64,000 bases of DNA, taken from an uncultured Verrucomicrobiae bacterium (GTDB lineage Bacteria; Verrucomicrobiota; Verrucomicrobiia; Limisphaerales; UBA11358). The translations under genes and the position numbers were made by a program. The DNA is taken from positions 3,454 to 67,453 of the forward strand of contig CAWHLR010000028.1 in NCBI GenBank assembly GCA_963830235.1, in the 5' to 3' direction. Below are positions 42,905 through 54,230 of the stretch, piece after piece (positions within the stretch are counted from its first letter, which is position 1; each line of letters begins with the position of its first letter). The notes under the pieces are model-generated. The model searched no databases, was not told the origin of the DNA, and saw only the letters and a program-made list of their open reading frames with translations.

Positions 42905-43024
42905 AATGACTAATGACCAAATCATAATGACGAAAGAATGACGAAACCCGAATGGCAAAATAATTTCCGCCACCCATGCATTCGCGGGAATTATTAAGTC
43001 ATTCGGATTTAGGATTTAGTCATT
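42905..43024. repeat. Cluster of AATGAC hexamers (4 plus one AATGGC on the + strand, 2 inverted) in the scpA / tRNA-His divergent intergenic region
   Basis: aatgac at 42905, 42912, 42926 and 42937, and aatggc at 42951. gtcatt at 42998 and 43019. Confidence 0.7.
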
Positions 43025-43114
43025 CCGGCTCCCTTCGCCCGCCATTTTCACCAGATAATCTGCCGCCCATAAACTTGACGCGCGCAGCGGGAAAAACTAG
43101 CTTGTGAGCCGGTT

Positions 43115-43190
43115 GGTGGCCGTAGCTCAATGGTAGAGTCCAAGCTTGTGGAGCTTGTTGTTGCGGGTTCGAGTCCCGTCGGCCACCCCA
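43115..43190 (+). tRNA. tRNA-His (anticodon GTG) with encoded G-1 and 3' CCA
   Basis: The cloverleaf folds by hand: G-1 + GTGGCCG acceptor, anticodon stem caagc/gcttg with loop ttGTGga, T-arm gcggg-ttcgagt-cccgt, acceptor cggccac, discriminator C, CCA. Confidence 0.9.
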
Positions 43191-43409
43191 TCTTCATCCG
43201 TGCCCGCGCTCAAAAGGTTCAACGAGCGCCAGCTTTGTTGCCCAAGACCATTGCCAACGTAATCAGGCCACCGAGAAGAAGGCTGACAAAAACAACCGCC
43301 AGGATCATGTTCACCTTCCGCCTTTGCACATCGGGTTGCTGGCGTGGGAATAATAATTTCCCCAGGAAAGCGGTCATGGGCGCCAATCTCCCACGTTTGG
43401 CGGCCAAGT

Positions 43410-44486
43410 TCAAATCGAATAATCGTCGGAGAAAACCTTCACGTTCCGCAATTCCACGAACACCGGCTCGCCCGCCTTCGGCTGCAATTGCTGGAATTGT
43501 TCCTTGCTCAACTGCACGGTAAATTGTCCGCCCGTGTCGAGCCGCACCAGCTCCAGACTGGCCATTGGGCCGGCGGCGTTGCTGCGAATGACACGCGCCG
43601 CCAGCGTCGCCGGGCCGCCCGGTTCGCGGCTGACGCGAATGTCGTGCGGACGCACAAAGGCGATGGCGTCCGTGTCCATCTCCCCGGCGGTTTCCGGCAT
43701 GTCAATTTTGGTTTCACCAATGACGACGGCGCCGTCGCGCAGCCGTCCGCTGAACAGGTTCACGTTGCCGAGAAAATCGTACACGAACGGCGAGGCCGGG
43801 TTGTCGTAAATTTCCTCCGGCGTGCCGATCTGCTCGACGCGGCCCACGCGCAAAATGGCCACGCGGTCGGCCACTTCCAGCGCCTCCTCCTGGTCGTGCG
43901 TCACAAACAGCGTCGTGATGTGGATTTCCTCGTGCAATTGCCGCAGCCAGCGGCGCAGTTCCTTCCGCACCTTCGCGTCGAGCGCGCCGAACGGCTCATC
44001 GAGCAGCAGTACCTTGGGTTCAACCGCCAGCGCGCGGGCCAGCGAAACCCGCTGGCGCTGGCCGCCGGAAAGTTGAGACGGAAACCGCTTCGCCAATGGC
44101 TCGAGCTGGATTAATTTCAGCAGTTTTTCCACGCGTGCGCGGATTTCCGCCTCCGCCGGCCGGGTCTCGCGCGGACGGACGCGCAGGCCGAACGCGATGT
44201 TTTCAAAGACGTTCAAATGCCGGAACAACGCGTAATGCTGGAAGGCGAAACCGGCCTTGCGCTGGCTCGCGGGAATCATGGTCACGTCCTCGCCGTAATA
44301 CAAAACCTGCGCGTCGCCGGGATCGGGGAACTCCAGCCCGGCAATGATGCGGAGCAGCGTCGTCTTGCCCGAACCGGACGGACCGAGCAGGGCGACGAGT
44401 TCGCCGGACTCGATCTTCAGGCTCACGTTGTCGAGCGCGGTGAACTGGCCGAATTTTTTTGTGACGTTGAGAACTTCAACACTCAT
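43410..44486 (-). CDS. cysA: Sulfate/thiosulfate ABC transporter ATP-binding protein
   Basis: ATG at 44486: [68 protein letters not shown]-terminal regulatory domain. Confidence 0.9.
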   Translation of the reverse strand: MSVEVLNVTKKFGQFTALDNVSLKIESGELVALLGPSGSGKTTLLRIIAGLEFPDPGDAQVLYYGEDVTMIPASQRKAGFAFQHYALFRHLNVFENIAFGLRVRPRETRPAEAEIRARVEKLLKLIQLEPLAKRFPSQLSGGQRQRVSLARALAVEPKVLLLDEPFGALDAKVRKELRRWLRQLHEEIHITTLFVTHDQEEALEVADRVAILRVGRVEQIGTPEEIYDNPASPFVYDFLGNVNLFSGRLRDGAVVIGETKIDMPETAGEMDTDAIAFVRPHDIRVSREPGGPATLAARVIRSNAAGPMASLELVRLDTGGQFTVQLSKEQFQQLQPKAGEPVFVELRNVKVFSDDYSI

Positions 44487-44494
44487 GTGTTTAA

Positions 44495-45370
44495 TCAGTT
44501 TTCCGCCCCGCGCAGCGCGGTATTTTTGCGTTCCACCCAGGTTTTCAGCACCAGCGTGACAATCGCCAGGAACGTCAGCAGCGACGCCACGGCAAAGGCG
44601 CCGACGAAATTGTATTCGTTGTACAGAATTTCGACGTGCAAGGGAATGGTATTTGTCTGGCCGCGAATGTGGCCGCTGACGACCGACACCGCGCCGAACT
44701 CGCCCATCGCCCGCGCGTTGCAAAGGATGACGCCATAAATCAGCCCCCATTTGATGTTCGGCATGGTCACCCGCCAGAACGTCTGCCAGCCGCTGGCGCC
44801 CAACACGTGCGCCGCCTCCTCCTCAGTGCGGCCCTGTGCCTGCATGAGCGGAATCAATTCGCGCGCGACAAACGGAAACGTCACAAAAATTGTCGCCAGC
44901 ACAATGCCCGGCACGGCGAAAATGATCTGGATGTTGTGTGCGATGAACCAAGGGCCAACCACCCCCTGCGCGCCGAAGAGCAGCACGTAAATCATCCCGG
45001 AAACCACCGGCGAAACCGAGAACGGCAGGTCAATGAGTGTGATGAGCACGGTTTTGCCGCGGAAATCGAATTTGGCAATCGCCCACGCCGCCGCCACGCC
45101 AAAAACGCAGTTCAACGGCACGGCGATGCCGGCAGCGATGAAGGTCAGCTTGATGGCGGCCAGGGTGTTCGGGTCGTTGAACGAGTGAAAATAATATCCA
45201 ACGCCCTTGGCAAACGCCTCGGTGAAAACCGCCGCCAGCGGCACGACCAGAAACAAGCCCAGAAACACCAACGCCACACTGATGAGCAGCCAGCGCACGA
45301 ACGGCGGCTCGGCCGTCACACGGCGGGGTGCGGCGCGGCGCGGCGTGGAAAAGGTGGATGCGGGAACCAT
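44495..45370 (-). CDS. cysW: Sulfate ABC transporter permease CysW
   Basis: Multi-TM permease with the EAA-like loop [25 protein letters not shown]. Position between cysT and cysA. Confidence 0.85.
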   Translation of the reverse strand: MVPASTFSTPRRAAPRRVTAEPPFVRWLLISVALVFLGLFLVVPLAAVFTEAFAKGVGYYFHSFNDPNTLAAIKLTFIAAGIAVPLNCVFGVAAAWAIAKFDFRGKTVLITLIDLPFSVSPVVSGMIYVLLFGAQGVVGPWFIAHNIQIIFAVPGIVLATIFVTFPFVARELIPLMQAQGRTEEEAAHVLGASGWQTFWRVTMPNIKWGLIYGVILCNARAMGEFGAVSVVSGHIRGQTNTIPLHVEILYNEYNFVGAFAVASLLTFLAIVTLVLKTWVERKNTALRGAEN

Positions 45371-45373
45371 AAA

Positions 45374-46204
45374 TCAAGCCGGTGCGTAATGGCGATGGCT
45401 CCACCATTGGAGAAAATTGATGGCCAGCAACAGCACAAAGGAAGCGACCAGCATCACCACCGCAATGGCCGTGGCGCCGGGATAATCAAATTCCTCGAGC
45501 TTGGTGATGATGAGCAGCGGCGTGATTTCGGTTTTCATGGGCATGTTGCCGGCGATGAAAACGACCGAGCCGTACTCGCCCAGCGCGCGGGCGAACGCGA
45601 GCGTGAACCCGGTCAGCAGCGCCGGCCGCAACATCGGCAGCGTGACGCGCCAGAACGTCTGCCAGCGGTTCGCGCCCAGGCTGGCCGCGGATTCCTCAAT
45701 CTCGCGGTCGAAATCCTCCAGCACCGGCTGCACCGTGCGCACCAGGAACGGCAGCCCGATGAACGTGAGCGCGACCAGCACGCCGAGGCGGGTGTAGGCG
45801 ACCTTGATGCCCAGCGGCGCGAGCCAGTGGCCGATCCAGCCGTTCGGCGCGTAAATGGCCGTCAACGCGATGCCCGCCACCGCCGTCGGCAGCGCGAACG
45901 GCAGGTCCACCAGCGCGTCCACGAACCGTTTGCCAAAAAACTGGTAGCGCACCAGCACCCACGCGACGAGCAGGCCGAAGACCAGATTGATGAGCGCCGC
46001 CAGAAACGACGCGCCGAAGCTCAGGCGATACGACGCCATCACGCGCGGCGCGGTGACGATGTGCCAGAACTGGTCCCACGTCAGCGCGCTCGCCTTCCAA
46101 AACGTGCAGGCCAGCGGAATCAGGACGATGAGGCCGAGATAGAGCACCGTGTAGCCGAGCGTCAATTTGAAGCCGGGCAACACGCTGTTTTTTTTATTCG
46201 CCAT
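45374..46204 (-). CDS. cysT: Sulfate ABC transporter permease CysT
   Basis: [28 protein letters not shown]; synteny cysT-cysW-cysA. Confidence 0.85.
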   Translation of the reverse strand: MANKKNSVLPGFKLTLGYTVLYLGLIVLIPLACTFWKASALTWDQFWHIVTAPRVMASYRLSFGASFLAALINLVFGLLVAWVLVRYQFFGKRFVDALVDLPFALPTAVAGIALTAIYAPNGWIGHWLAPLGIKVAYTRLGVLVALTFIGLPFLVRTVQPVLEDFDREIEESAASLGANRWQTFWRVTLPMLRPALLTGFTLAFARALGEYGSVVFIAGNMPMKTEITPLLIITKLEEFDYPGATAIAVVMLVASFVLLLAINFLQWWSHRHYAPA

Positions 46205-46357
46205 GCCAGATCCTTTTGAGCGGTATAACCATTGTTAACTTGCAACGAAAGCAATTCTTTACGCGACGGCGGAAAGCGGCCGGGTGACGGCTTGGATGAT
46301 GCGGTTAAATCTGCGCGTCATAAGGTTTGGCTGATGGTGTTTGAAGGGTTCCGGCCT

Positions 46358-46788
46358 GGAGCCGGCTCACAACTTCTTCCGCCCGCAGATTGGGTAGGAA
46401 ACTCACCGCGCCGCGCGTGTTGAAACAGGCGCGGCTGACTTCGCGGACGCCGAGATCGCGGCAGAAATCCTGAAAGTCCAGCAGCGACAGGAAATGCAGG
46501 TTGTGGGTGCGATACCATGGCGCCGGCAGCGAGCGGGTGATGGGCGTGCGGCCCTCGAACGAATATTTGAGGTGAGCGAATTATGGAGCCGGCTCACAAC
46601 TTCTTCCGCGCGAAGATTGGGCAGAAAACTCACCGCGCCGCGCGTGTTGAAACAGGCGCGGCTGACTTCGCGGACGCCGAGGTCGCGGCAGAATTCCTGA
46701 AAGTCCAGCAGGGAAAGAAAATGCAGGTTGCTGCGTGCGATACCACGGCGCCGGCAGCGAGCGGGTGATGGGCGTGCGGCCCTCGAAC
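46358..46788. repeat. Imperfect tandem duplication (two ~203-bp units, 227-bp period) of the metW 3' end
   Basis: Unit 46358-46560 versus unit 46585-46788 (ggagccggctcacaacttcttccgc...gcgtgcggccctcgaac). They are collinear, roughly 90% identical by eye, with a 1-nt length difference. Confidence 0.85.
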
Positions 46789-47159
46789 AAAATTTGCAGG
46801 CGGACGCGGATATGAGCGAAATTGGTGTAAGCAACGATAACCTCGCGCCCGACGCGGAAGGCTTCCCGAAGAATGTCCGCCGGAGCCAGCAATTCCTGAA
46901 ATGTGCCCAGCAGCAGCACGTGATCAAACGCCCCGGAGGCGTATTGGTCCAGTCCATCGGCAATGTCCCCCTGATGCACCACCAGCCCGCGTTCGATGCA
47001 CCGCGAAACCAGGACCGGGTCGCGCTCGACGCCCTCGGCGCGGACCTTGTGGGTTTTCACCAGCCGCTCCAGGAACGCGCCGTCGCCGGACCCCAAGTCC
47101 AGCACGCGCGCGTTGGGCGGCAGCCACTCAATCACCTGGTCATAAAGCGCAGGATGCAT
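46581..47159 (-). CDS. metW: Methionine biosynthesis protein MetW (C-terminus altered by frameshift/duplication)
   Basis: VLDLGSGDGAFLERL...FDHVLLLGTFQEL...VIVAYTNFAHIRVRLQILFEGRTPITRSLPAPWY matches MetW. After PWYR the ORF leaves the conserved frame (see findings). Confidence 0.8.
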   Translation of the reverse strand: MHPALYDQVIEWLPPNARVLDLGSGDGAFLERLVKTHKVRAEGVERDPVLVSRCIERGLVVHQGDIADGLDQYASGAFDHVLLLGTFQELLAPADILREAFRVGREVIVAYTNFAHIRVRLQILFEGRTPITRSLPAPWYRTQQPAFSFPAGLSGILPRPRRPRSQPRLFQHARRGEFSAQSSRGRSCEPAP

Positions 47160-47164
47160 GGAAT

Positions 47165-48361
47165 TCAGTCGGCGGTGTTCGCCGCGCGGGAGTCGTATTC
47201 CTGGTTGAGAAAATGGCTCAACGCGCTGGAAAATTCCGGGTTTTGGATCAGGAACGAGTCGTGCCCGTAAGGCGTCGGCAGGTTCAGATAGGTTACCGCC
47301 AGATTGTGGCGTTTGAGCAGTTTGACAAGATCGCGCGATTGGGACGGCGGATACAACCAGTCGGACTCGAATGAAATCACCAGGAACCGCGCCCGCACCC
47401 GGTCCAGCGCCTCGCGCGTTTCGCGGCCCGCCAGGAAATCAAAACGGTCAATCGCCTTGGTCAGGTAAAGATAGGAGTTGGGATCAAAGCGGCGGACAAA
47501 GCTGTCGCCCTGATGGTGCAGATAGCTTTCGACCGAGAAGAAATCCGGGAACAGGTCCTCCGGCTGGGCAGAGCGCTGCAACCGGCGGCCGAACTTGGCG
47601 CGCAGTGAATATTCGCTGAGGTAGGTCACGTGGCCGACCATGCGCGCCACCGCCAGCCCGTGCGCGGGACGGGCGCCGTCCGGATTGTCGTAATAATGAC
47701 CGTCGCGCCAGTTGGGGTCGGTGAGGATCGCCTGCCGCCCGATTTCATTGAAGGCGATCTGCATGGCGTGATGGGCCGTGCAGGTGGCAATCGGCACGCA
47801 GTTTCTCACCCGCTCCGGATAATCCGTCGCCCAGACCAGCGCCTGCATTCCACCCATCGAACCGCCGGTGACGGCGAAAATTTCCGGTAGCTGGAGATGA
47901 TCCATTAACGCCGCCTGCGCGCGCACCATGTCGCGGATGGTCACCGGCGGAAAATCGGTGGCATAGGGATGCCCGGTTTCTGGATTAGCGGACGACGGGC
48001 CGGTGCTGCCGGAGCAACCGCCCAAAACATTGGGGCAGACGACAAAAAAACGGTTGGTGTCAATCGCCTTGCCCGGCCCCACGTGAAAATCCCACCAGCC
48101 GGGACGGCCTGTGGCGGAGTTGAGTCCGGCCACGTGCGCGTCGCCGGACAGCGCATGACAAACAAGAATCACGTTGTCCCGCCGCGGCGACAATTTGCCG
48201 AGCGTCTGGTAGGCGATTTGGATTTCCTTGAACTCGTGTCCGGATTCGGTGGCAAAGCCCGGCAGCGTCGCCACCTGCGAATGCGTCACGCCCAGATCGG
48301 AGTGATATTCCCCGAGCACCTGGTCCTGCAAATCGCCTTCGAGCATTTGTTTTTCAGACAT
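47165..48361 (-). CDS. metX: Homoserine O-acetyltransferase
   Basis: VILVCHALSGDAHVAG...WWDFHVGPGKAIDTNRFFVVCPNVLGGCSGSTGP...VTGGSMGGMQALVW. Confidence 0.9.
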   Translation of the reverse strand: MSEKQMLEGDLQDQVLGEYHSDLGVTHSQVATLPGFATESGHEFKEIQIAYQTLGKLSPRRDNVILVCHALSGDAHVAGLNSATGRPGWWDFHVGPGKAIDTNRFFVVCPNVLGGCSGSTGPSSANPETGHPYATDFPPVTIRDMVRAQAALMDHLQLPEIFAVTGGSMGGMQALVWATDYPERVRNCVPIATCTAHHAMQIAFNEIGRQAILTDPNWRDGHYYDNPDGARPAHGLAVARMVGHVTYLSEYSLRAKFGRRLQRSAQPEDLFPDFFSVESYLHHQGDSFVRRFDPNSYLYLTKAIDRFDFLAGRETREALDRVRARFLVISFESDWLYPPSQSRDLVKLLKRHNLAVTYLNLPTPYGHDSFLIQNPEFSSALSHFLNQEYDSRAANTAD

Positions 48362-48427
48362 AATTTCGCGCTTCCCGTCCGTCCAGCCTGCCGGAAATAA
48401 CAGGCAAGCGGAACCAATTTTTTGGCG

Positions 48428-48500
48428 GTCTTAATTTTTTGTTCGGCGCTGTACGCCGATCGGGTCGAGCCACAGGCTCGACGCTACACGAAATTAAGAC
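48428..48500. repeat. Palindromic intergenic element (10-bp terminal inverted repeats enclosing two REP hairpins) between metY and metX
   Basis: gtcttaattt ... aaattaagac termini. Inner hairpins cggcg-ctgta-cgccg and gtcgagcc-acag-gctcgac followed by the gctaca box. Confidence 0.75.
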
Positions 48501-48546
48501 GTTACCCAATTTTTGGCTCCGCCTGCCGTTTCCCCATCCTTGAATG

Positions 48547-49863
<1,317 letters not shown>

Positions 49864-49977
49864 TTATTTATAATACTGAAACGGTGGCCGGGGGCAATTC
49901 CCGATCGCAGGAAACCGCGATGTGCAGAATGCGACGCCACCGGTTGTTGGTTGGTTTGCTGATGGATAAATTGAACA

Positions 49978-50061
49978 GCTGGAGGCCGAAACGAGTTGCG
50001 TGAACCAGCGCGTTCGGAGGAGACGCACGACGAAAGCGCAAGCTGCCGTCCGGCCTCCAGC
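49978..50061 (-). other. 84-nt hairpin (11-bp closing stem) in the metY 5' leader; candidate structured regulatory RNA
   Basis: gctggaggccg (49978-49988) is the exact complement of cggcctccagc (50051-50061). A second hairpin, ccggtggc...gccaccg, follows nearer the ATG. Confidence 0.35.
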
Positions 50062-50077
50062 CTGAATTGATTGTTGA

Positions 50078-50197
50078 AGACCTTTGCAAAATGTGTAGCG
50101 TCGAGGCTGTGCCTCGACATTCCTGTCTCGAAATCCTGTGTTTCCGGCCACAGGCCGGACGCTACAGTTCTCGCCAAGGTGTTTTTGCAAAGGTCTC
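50078..50197. repeat. 120-bp REPIN-like palindromic element (14-bp perfect termini enclosing an inverted REP doublet)
   Basis: agacctttgcaaaa (50078-50091) / ttttgcaaaggtct (50184-50197). Inner tgtagcgtcgaggctgtgcctcgac and inverted tccggccacaggccggacgctaca. Confidence 0.85.
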
Positions 50198-50203
50198 TGT
50201 TCA

Positions 50204-51217
50204 TTAGAATTCCCATTTGGTGGTGATGCCCCAGACGCCGTTGGCTTCGTTGTTCAGCACGGTGCCGAAATGTCCGTAGCCCACGGCCAGCGTCAGGTGT
50301 TTGTTGACGACGTAAGCGGCGTCAATCGTCCACCAGTCGCCCGCTTTTCCGATCAGGCTGGGAACTTTGTTGTAATTGTAATCGGTGTTTTGCTGCCGGT
50401 ATTCCCCCGCCAAGGCGATGGAATCAGTCACAAACACGACGACATTGCCTTCAAACAGGAAGCTGTATCTGTCCGTGAAGCCGAGCAGCCCGTTCCAGAC
50501 GCCTTCGGTTGCGCGACCGCCCAGTTCCACCAGCACCGGACGCGGCAACTGGGTGAACAGCTTGGAAGCGTAAAGCGTGAAGTCCACGCCGTCGTTTTTG
50601 GTGACGCCGATGGCTTTCAGCGTTCCGTCGAGCTGGCTGTTGATGTCGTCGTAGGAGGCGTTGTATTTGAAGTGCGTGCCGAAGGTCAGCGCCGGAAGCC
50701 ACTTCTGGTCGAACTCGCCTTCCTTCAGGATCTGCACCCGCGCGTTGAAGTTGTGCAATTCAACGGAGGTTTCGCTCAGATCGAGTTTGGTCGCCTGATA
50801 AACCGCCAGCGGCAAATTGCCGAGGTTGAAGTTGTTGTAACCATAACCCAGTTCGAGGCGGCTAAACGGAGATTCCGTCACGGTCAACGCCTCGAGGTCC
50901 TGGCCGTGGCCGAGGTCAACGTAGGAAAAACCAAAGGCGGGCCGGCCAACCGGTTCGCCGTTGCGCGGTGGATTGACAATGTAGGCCGACAGTGTGGCAA
51001 AGATGCCGCCGTTGCCTTCGATTTGATGTAGCGGCAGCGGCGGCGGCTTTTCACTCTTCGCCGCCGCGCCGGCATTGGCGGACGGAGCATTGGTGGTCGT
51101 ATCGTCGGCCCTGACACCGCCCGCCGAAGCGAGCAGCAGCGCCGCAAACAGGAACACGAGACGCGTGCGCCGGTTTTGAAGGGATTGAATGACTCGGACA
51201 AACAGATTGATTTTCAT
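50204..51217 (-). CDS. Outer-membrane beta-barrel protein (DUF3034-like, family recalled with moderate certainty)
   Basis: Signal peptide, alternating beta-strand pattern, aromatic C-terminus ...GVWGITTKWEF, HQIEGNGGIFATL motif. Confidence 0.6.
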   Translation of the reverse strand: MKINLFVRVIQSLQNRRTRLVFLFAALLLASAGGVRADDTTTNAPSANAGAAAKSEKPPPLPLHQIEGNGGIFATLSAYIVNPPRNGEPVGRPAFGFSYVDLGHGQDLEALTVTESPFSRLELGYGYNNFNLGNLPLAVYQATKLDLSETSVELHNFNARVQILKEGEFDQKWLPALTFGTHFKYNASYDDINSQLDGTLKAIGVTKNDGVDFTLYASKLFTQLPRPVLVELGGRATEGVWNGLLGFTDRYSFLFEGNVVVFVTDSIALAGEYRQQNTDYNYNKVPSLIGKAGDWWTIDAAYVVNKHLTLAVGYGHFGTVLNNEANGVWGITTKWEF

Positions 51218-51316
51218 TGGCTGATTTTTTTCTTAGCCAGCAATCCTCCGGTGGTCCGGTCGGGCTGAACAAACATTGATTGATGTGTTTTTAGGGCCTT
51301 CAGTTTTCTGATCGGT

Positions 51317-52306
51317 TTAATTGGATGTTTTACCGGCGGGAATCAGACCGCTGATGTCGTCGGTATTGGTGTCAATGTCGGCAAACAGCCACGTCGAAAG
51401 GTAGCGTTCGGCGGACGACGGCACGATGGCGACGATGGTCTTGCCCTTGTTTTCCGGGCGTTTGGCCAGTTGCAAGGCCGCCCAAATCGCCGCGCCGCTG
51501 GAGATGCCCACGGGAATGCCGTCCAACTGGTTGACCTCCTTGGAAACCGGGCCGGAGTCCTCCTCGTTCACCTTGATGACTTCATTCACGATTTTCACGT
51601 TCAGGTTGGCGGGAATAAAACCGGCGCCGATGCCCTGCAATTTGTGCGGGGCGGCCTGGCCGCCGGAAATGACCGGCGACTTCGCCGGCTCGACGGCAAT
51701 CGCCTTGAACGACGGCTTGAGTTTTTTGATGACCTCGGCCACGCCGGTGATCGTGCCGCCGGTGCCGACACCCGCGACGACAAAATCCACCTGGCCGTCG
51801 GTGTCCCGCCAGATTTCCTCGGCGGTCGTCTTGCGATGGATCGCCGGATTTGACGGATTGGAAAATTGCTGCAGGACGACGCTGTTCGGAATCTGCTGAT
51901 GCAGTTCGTCGGCCTTGGCAATCGCGCCTTTCATGCCCTTGGCGCCCTCGGTAAGCACGAGTTTCGCGCCGAGAATTTTCAACAATTTACGTCGTTCCAA
52001 GCTCATTGTTTCGGGCATGGTCAAAATCAATTTCAATCCCTTGGCGGCGGCGACAAACGCCAGCGCAATGCCGGTGTTGCCGCTGGTCGGCTCGATGAGC
52101 ACGGTGTCCGGGGTGATGGCGCCGGACTTGAGCGCGTCGTCAATCATGGCGATGCCGATGCGGTCCTTGACGCTGGACAGCGGGTTGAAGAATTCGAGTT
52201 TGAGCAGCACGTCGGCGATGGCGCCGTGTTTTTTCGCCGTGCGGTTCAGGCGCACGAGCGGCGTGTTGCCAATGGTTTCGGTGATGTCATTGAATATTCG
52301 GCTCAT
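51317..52306 (-). CDS. cysK: Cysteine synthase A (O-acetylserine sulfhydrylase)
   Basis: [15 protein letters not shown]...[16 protein letters not shown]...[10 protein letters not shown]... Confidence 0.92.
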   Translation of the reverse strand: MSRIFNDITETIGNTPLVRLNRTAKKHGAIADVLLKLEFFNPLSSVKDRIGIAMIDDALKSGAITPDTVLIEPTSGNTGIALAFVAAAKGLKLILTMPETMSLERRKLLKILGAKLVLTEGAKGMKGAIAKADELHQQIPNSVVLQQFSNPSNPAIHRKTTAEEIWRDTDGQVDFVVAGVGTGGTITGVAEVIKKLKPSFKAIAVEPAKSPVISGGQAAPHKLQGIGAGFIPANLNVKIVNEVIKVNEEDSGPVSKEVNQLDGIPVGISSGAAIWAALQLAKRPENKGKTIVAIVPSSAERYLSTWLFADIDTNTDDISGLIPAGKTSN

Positions 52307-52318
52307 ATAATGTTGTGG

Positions 52319-53146
52319 TTACAGGTTCGGTGCGTAAGCAATGAATTGGCGGTATTCGGTCAAAATGGACGTGAGCGCCGCGACAAACGCGCATTCCTTC
52401 AAAAAAGTCGGCGGCGTCTGGGGCGTTTCGAGAATGATTTCAAACGGACGCGGCCGCACTTTCGGCGGCGCGCTCAACACGCCGTCGTAGGCGTCGCGGA
52501 TGATGCCATTGCGCGCCTGGAAACCGTCAATGATGGAACGCGGGTCGCGCGGCAGGAATGTCCCGGCGGCCTGCAACGCGGGTTCGATGAGATGTTTCGT
52601 GAGCGTCGCCCCGCGCACAATGCCGTAAAAACCGGCGCTGGTATCGTCGGTGTGCAGCGAAATAATGCCGTTGAAGGAACGCGAAGTAAGTTCGGCCTGC
52701 AACAGCCGGACTTCCGGTTCACTGGAGCTGCTCCAGAATTCGCGGTTCAAGTCCTTCCCGCTGCGCGAGTGGCGGGTGCCGTCCTCCAGACCGGTCGGAT
52801 TGCAAACCGGGTAGAACGACAAATAATAACCGGCGGCCAGCTCAGGCTTTGCTTCCAGCAACTTGATAAATTGAATCACTGCCCGCACGCCTTCCGGCTC
52901 GTCACCGTGAATGCCCGCAAAAATCCCGACACGGATCGGCGTGTCGCCGCCCTTGGGCCCGACAAACAAATAGCGCGGCAGGGTGTAGGTTTCGCCGCCG
53001 GCTTCAAAGCGCGCTTCGTGGTTCGCCACGAGATTCGGTGATTGGGCGGCGATGGAATCCAGCGGCGCGAGCAGGTCGGCAATGGAGCGACGGCGTGCCA
53101 GCGGCGGTTGGGCGATGGCCTGGGATTGAGTTGCAACGATTGGCAT
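52319..53146 (-). CDS. M14-type zinc carboxypeptidase-fold protein (succinylglutamate desuccinylase/aspartoacylase family)
   Basis: RVGIFAGIHGDEPEGVRAVIQFIKLL...YPVCNPTGLEDGTRHSRSGKDLNREFW. Start set at the internal ATG at 53146 to avoid overlapping sbp. Confidence 0.65.
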   Translation of the reverse strand: MPIVATQSQAIAQPPLARRRSIADLLAPLDSIAAQSPNLVANHEARFEAGGETYTLPRYLFVGPKGGDTPIRVGIFAGIHGDEPEGVRAVIQFIKLLEAKPELAAGYYLSFYPVCNPTGLEDGTRHSRSGKDLNREFWSSSSEPEVRLLQAELTSRSFNGIISLHTDDTSAGFYGIVRGATLTKHLIEPALQAAGTFLPRDPRSIIDGFQARNGIIRDAYDGVLSAPPKVRPRPFEIILETPQTPPTFLKECAFVAALTSILTEYRQFIAYAPNL

Positions 53147-53201
53147 AAATTTTTTGATTTGGGCTGGTGGTTCTCTTTTGCGGGAGAACCACGAAGCGGT
53201 T

Positions 53202-54200
53202 TCAGGGTTGAAAGATTTGGTCAAAGACGCCGCCATCGGCGAAATGGGTTTTCTGCGCCTTCTGCCAGCCGCCGAAAACTTCGTCCACCGTGACAAGTTT
53301 CACCGGGCTGAACTGGCCGGCATATTTAGCCGCGGCCTTTTCCGAGCGCGGACGGTAAAAATTCCGGCCGACGATGTCCTGGCCCTCGTCGGAGTAAAGA
53401 TATTCGAGATAAGCCCGCGCCACGTCGGCCGTGTCGTGCTTTTTCGCCACCTTGTCCACGACCGCCACCGGCGGTTCGGCCAGGATGCTCAAGGGCGGGG
53501 TGACGATGTCAAACTTGTCCGCGCCGAATTGTTTGAGGGCGAGATGCGCCTCGTTTTCCCACGCGAGCAGCACGTCGCCGATTTCACGCTCAACGAACGT
53601 CGTGGTCGAGCCGCGCGCGCCGGAATCGAGCACGGGCACATTCTTGTAAAGCCGCTTGACGAAATCGCGCGCCCTGGCGTCGTCGTGGCCATATTGGTCG
53701 AGTGCGTAAGCCCACGCGGCGAGGTAATTCCAGCGCGCGCCGCCGGAGGTTTTGGGATTCGGCGTCACGACCACCACGTTCGGTTTCACGAGATCGTCCC
53801 AATCCTTGATGTGTTTGGGGTTCCCCTTGCGCACGAGAAACACGATGGTCGAGGTGTAGGGCGTGCTATTGTCCGGCAGGCGTTTCTGCCAATCGGCGGG
53901 CAGCAGCTTTGCCTGCTGGGCAATCGCGTCAATGTCGTACGCCAGCGCGAGCGTGACGACGTCGGCTTCGAGGCCGTTGATGACGGACTGCGCCTGTTTG
54001 CCGGAGCCGCCGTGCGATTGCGCCACGGCCACGTTGTCGCCGGTTTTGGCCTTCCAATACCTGGCGAACGCGGTGTTGTAATCCTGATACAACTCACGGG
54101 TCGGGTCGTAGGAGACGTTCAAGAGTTTGATGTCCTTCGCATCCGCCACAGCGGCGAGAGCGAAGGCCAGCGGAACCAGTATTTTCAGAAATGTTTTCAT
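53202..54200 (-). CDS. sbp: Sulfate/thiosulfate ABC transporter periplasmic binding protein
   Basis: [69 protein letters not shown]. Confidence 0.9.
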   Translation of the reverse strand: MKTFLKILVPLAFALAAVADAKDIKLLNVSYDPTRELYQDYNTAFARYWKAKTGDNVAVAQSHGGSGKQAQSVINGLEADVVTLALAYDIDAIAQQAKLLPADWQKRLPDNSTPYTSTIVFLVRKGNPKHIKDWDDLVKPNVVVVTPNPKTSGGARWNYLAAWAYALDQYGHDDARARDFVKRLYKNVPVLDSGARGSTTTFVEREIGDVLLAWENEAHLALKQFGADKFDIVTPPLSILAEPPVAVVDKVAKKHDTADVARAYLEYLYSDEGQDIVGRNFYRPRSEKAAAKYAGQFSPVKLVTVDEVFGGWQKAQKTHFADGGVFDQIFQP

Positions 54201-54230
54201 GGGCTGTAATCTTTCAAGTTTTCACCGCCA

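Noticed and set aside
43219-43413. 64-aa ORF downstream of cysA with a hydrophobic C-terminal half (MILAVVFVSLLLGGLITLAMVLGNKAGAR)
   Set aside because: It could be a real small membrane protein. However, it has no recognisable family and an uncertain start, and it lies in the tRNA-His/cysA gap. Support is insufficient to annotate it.
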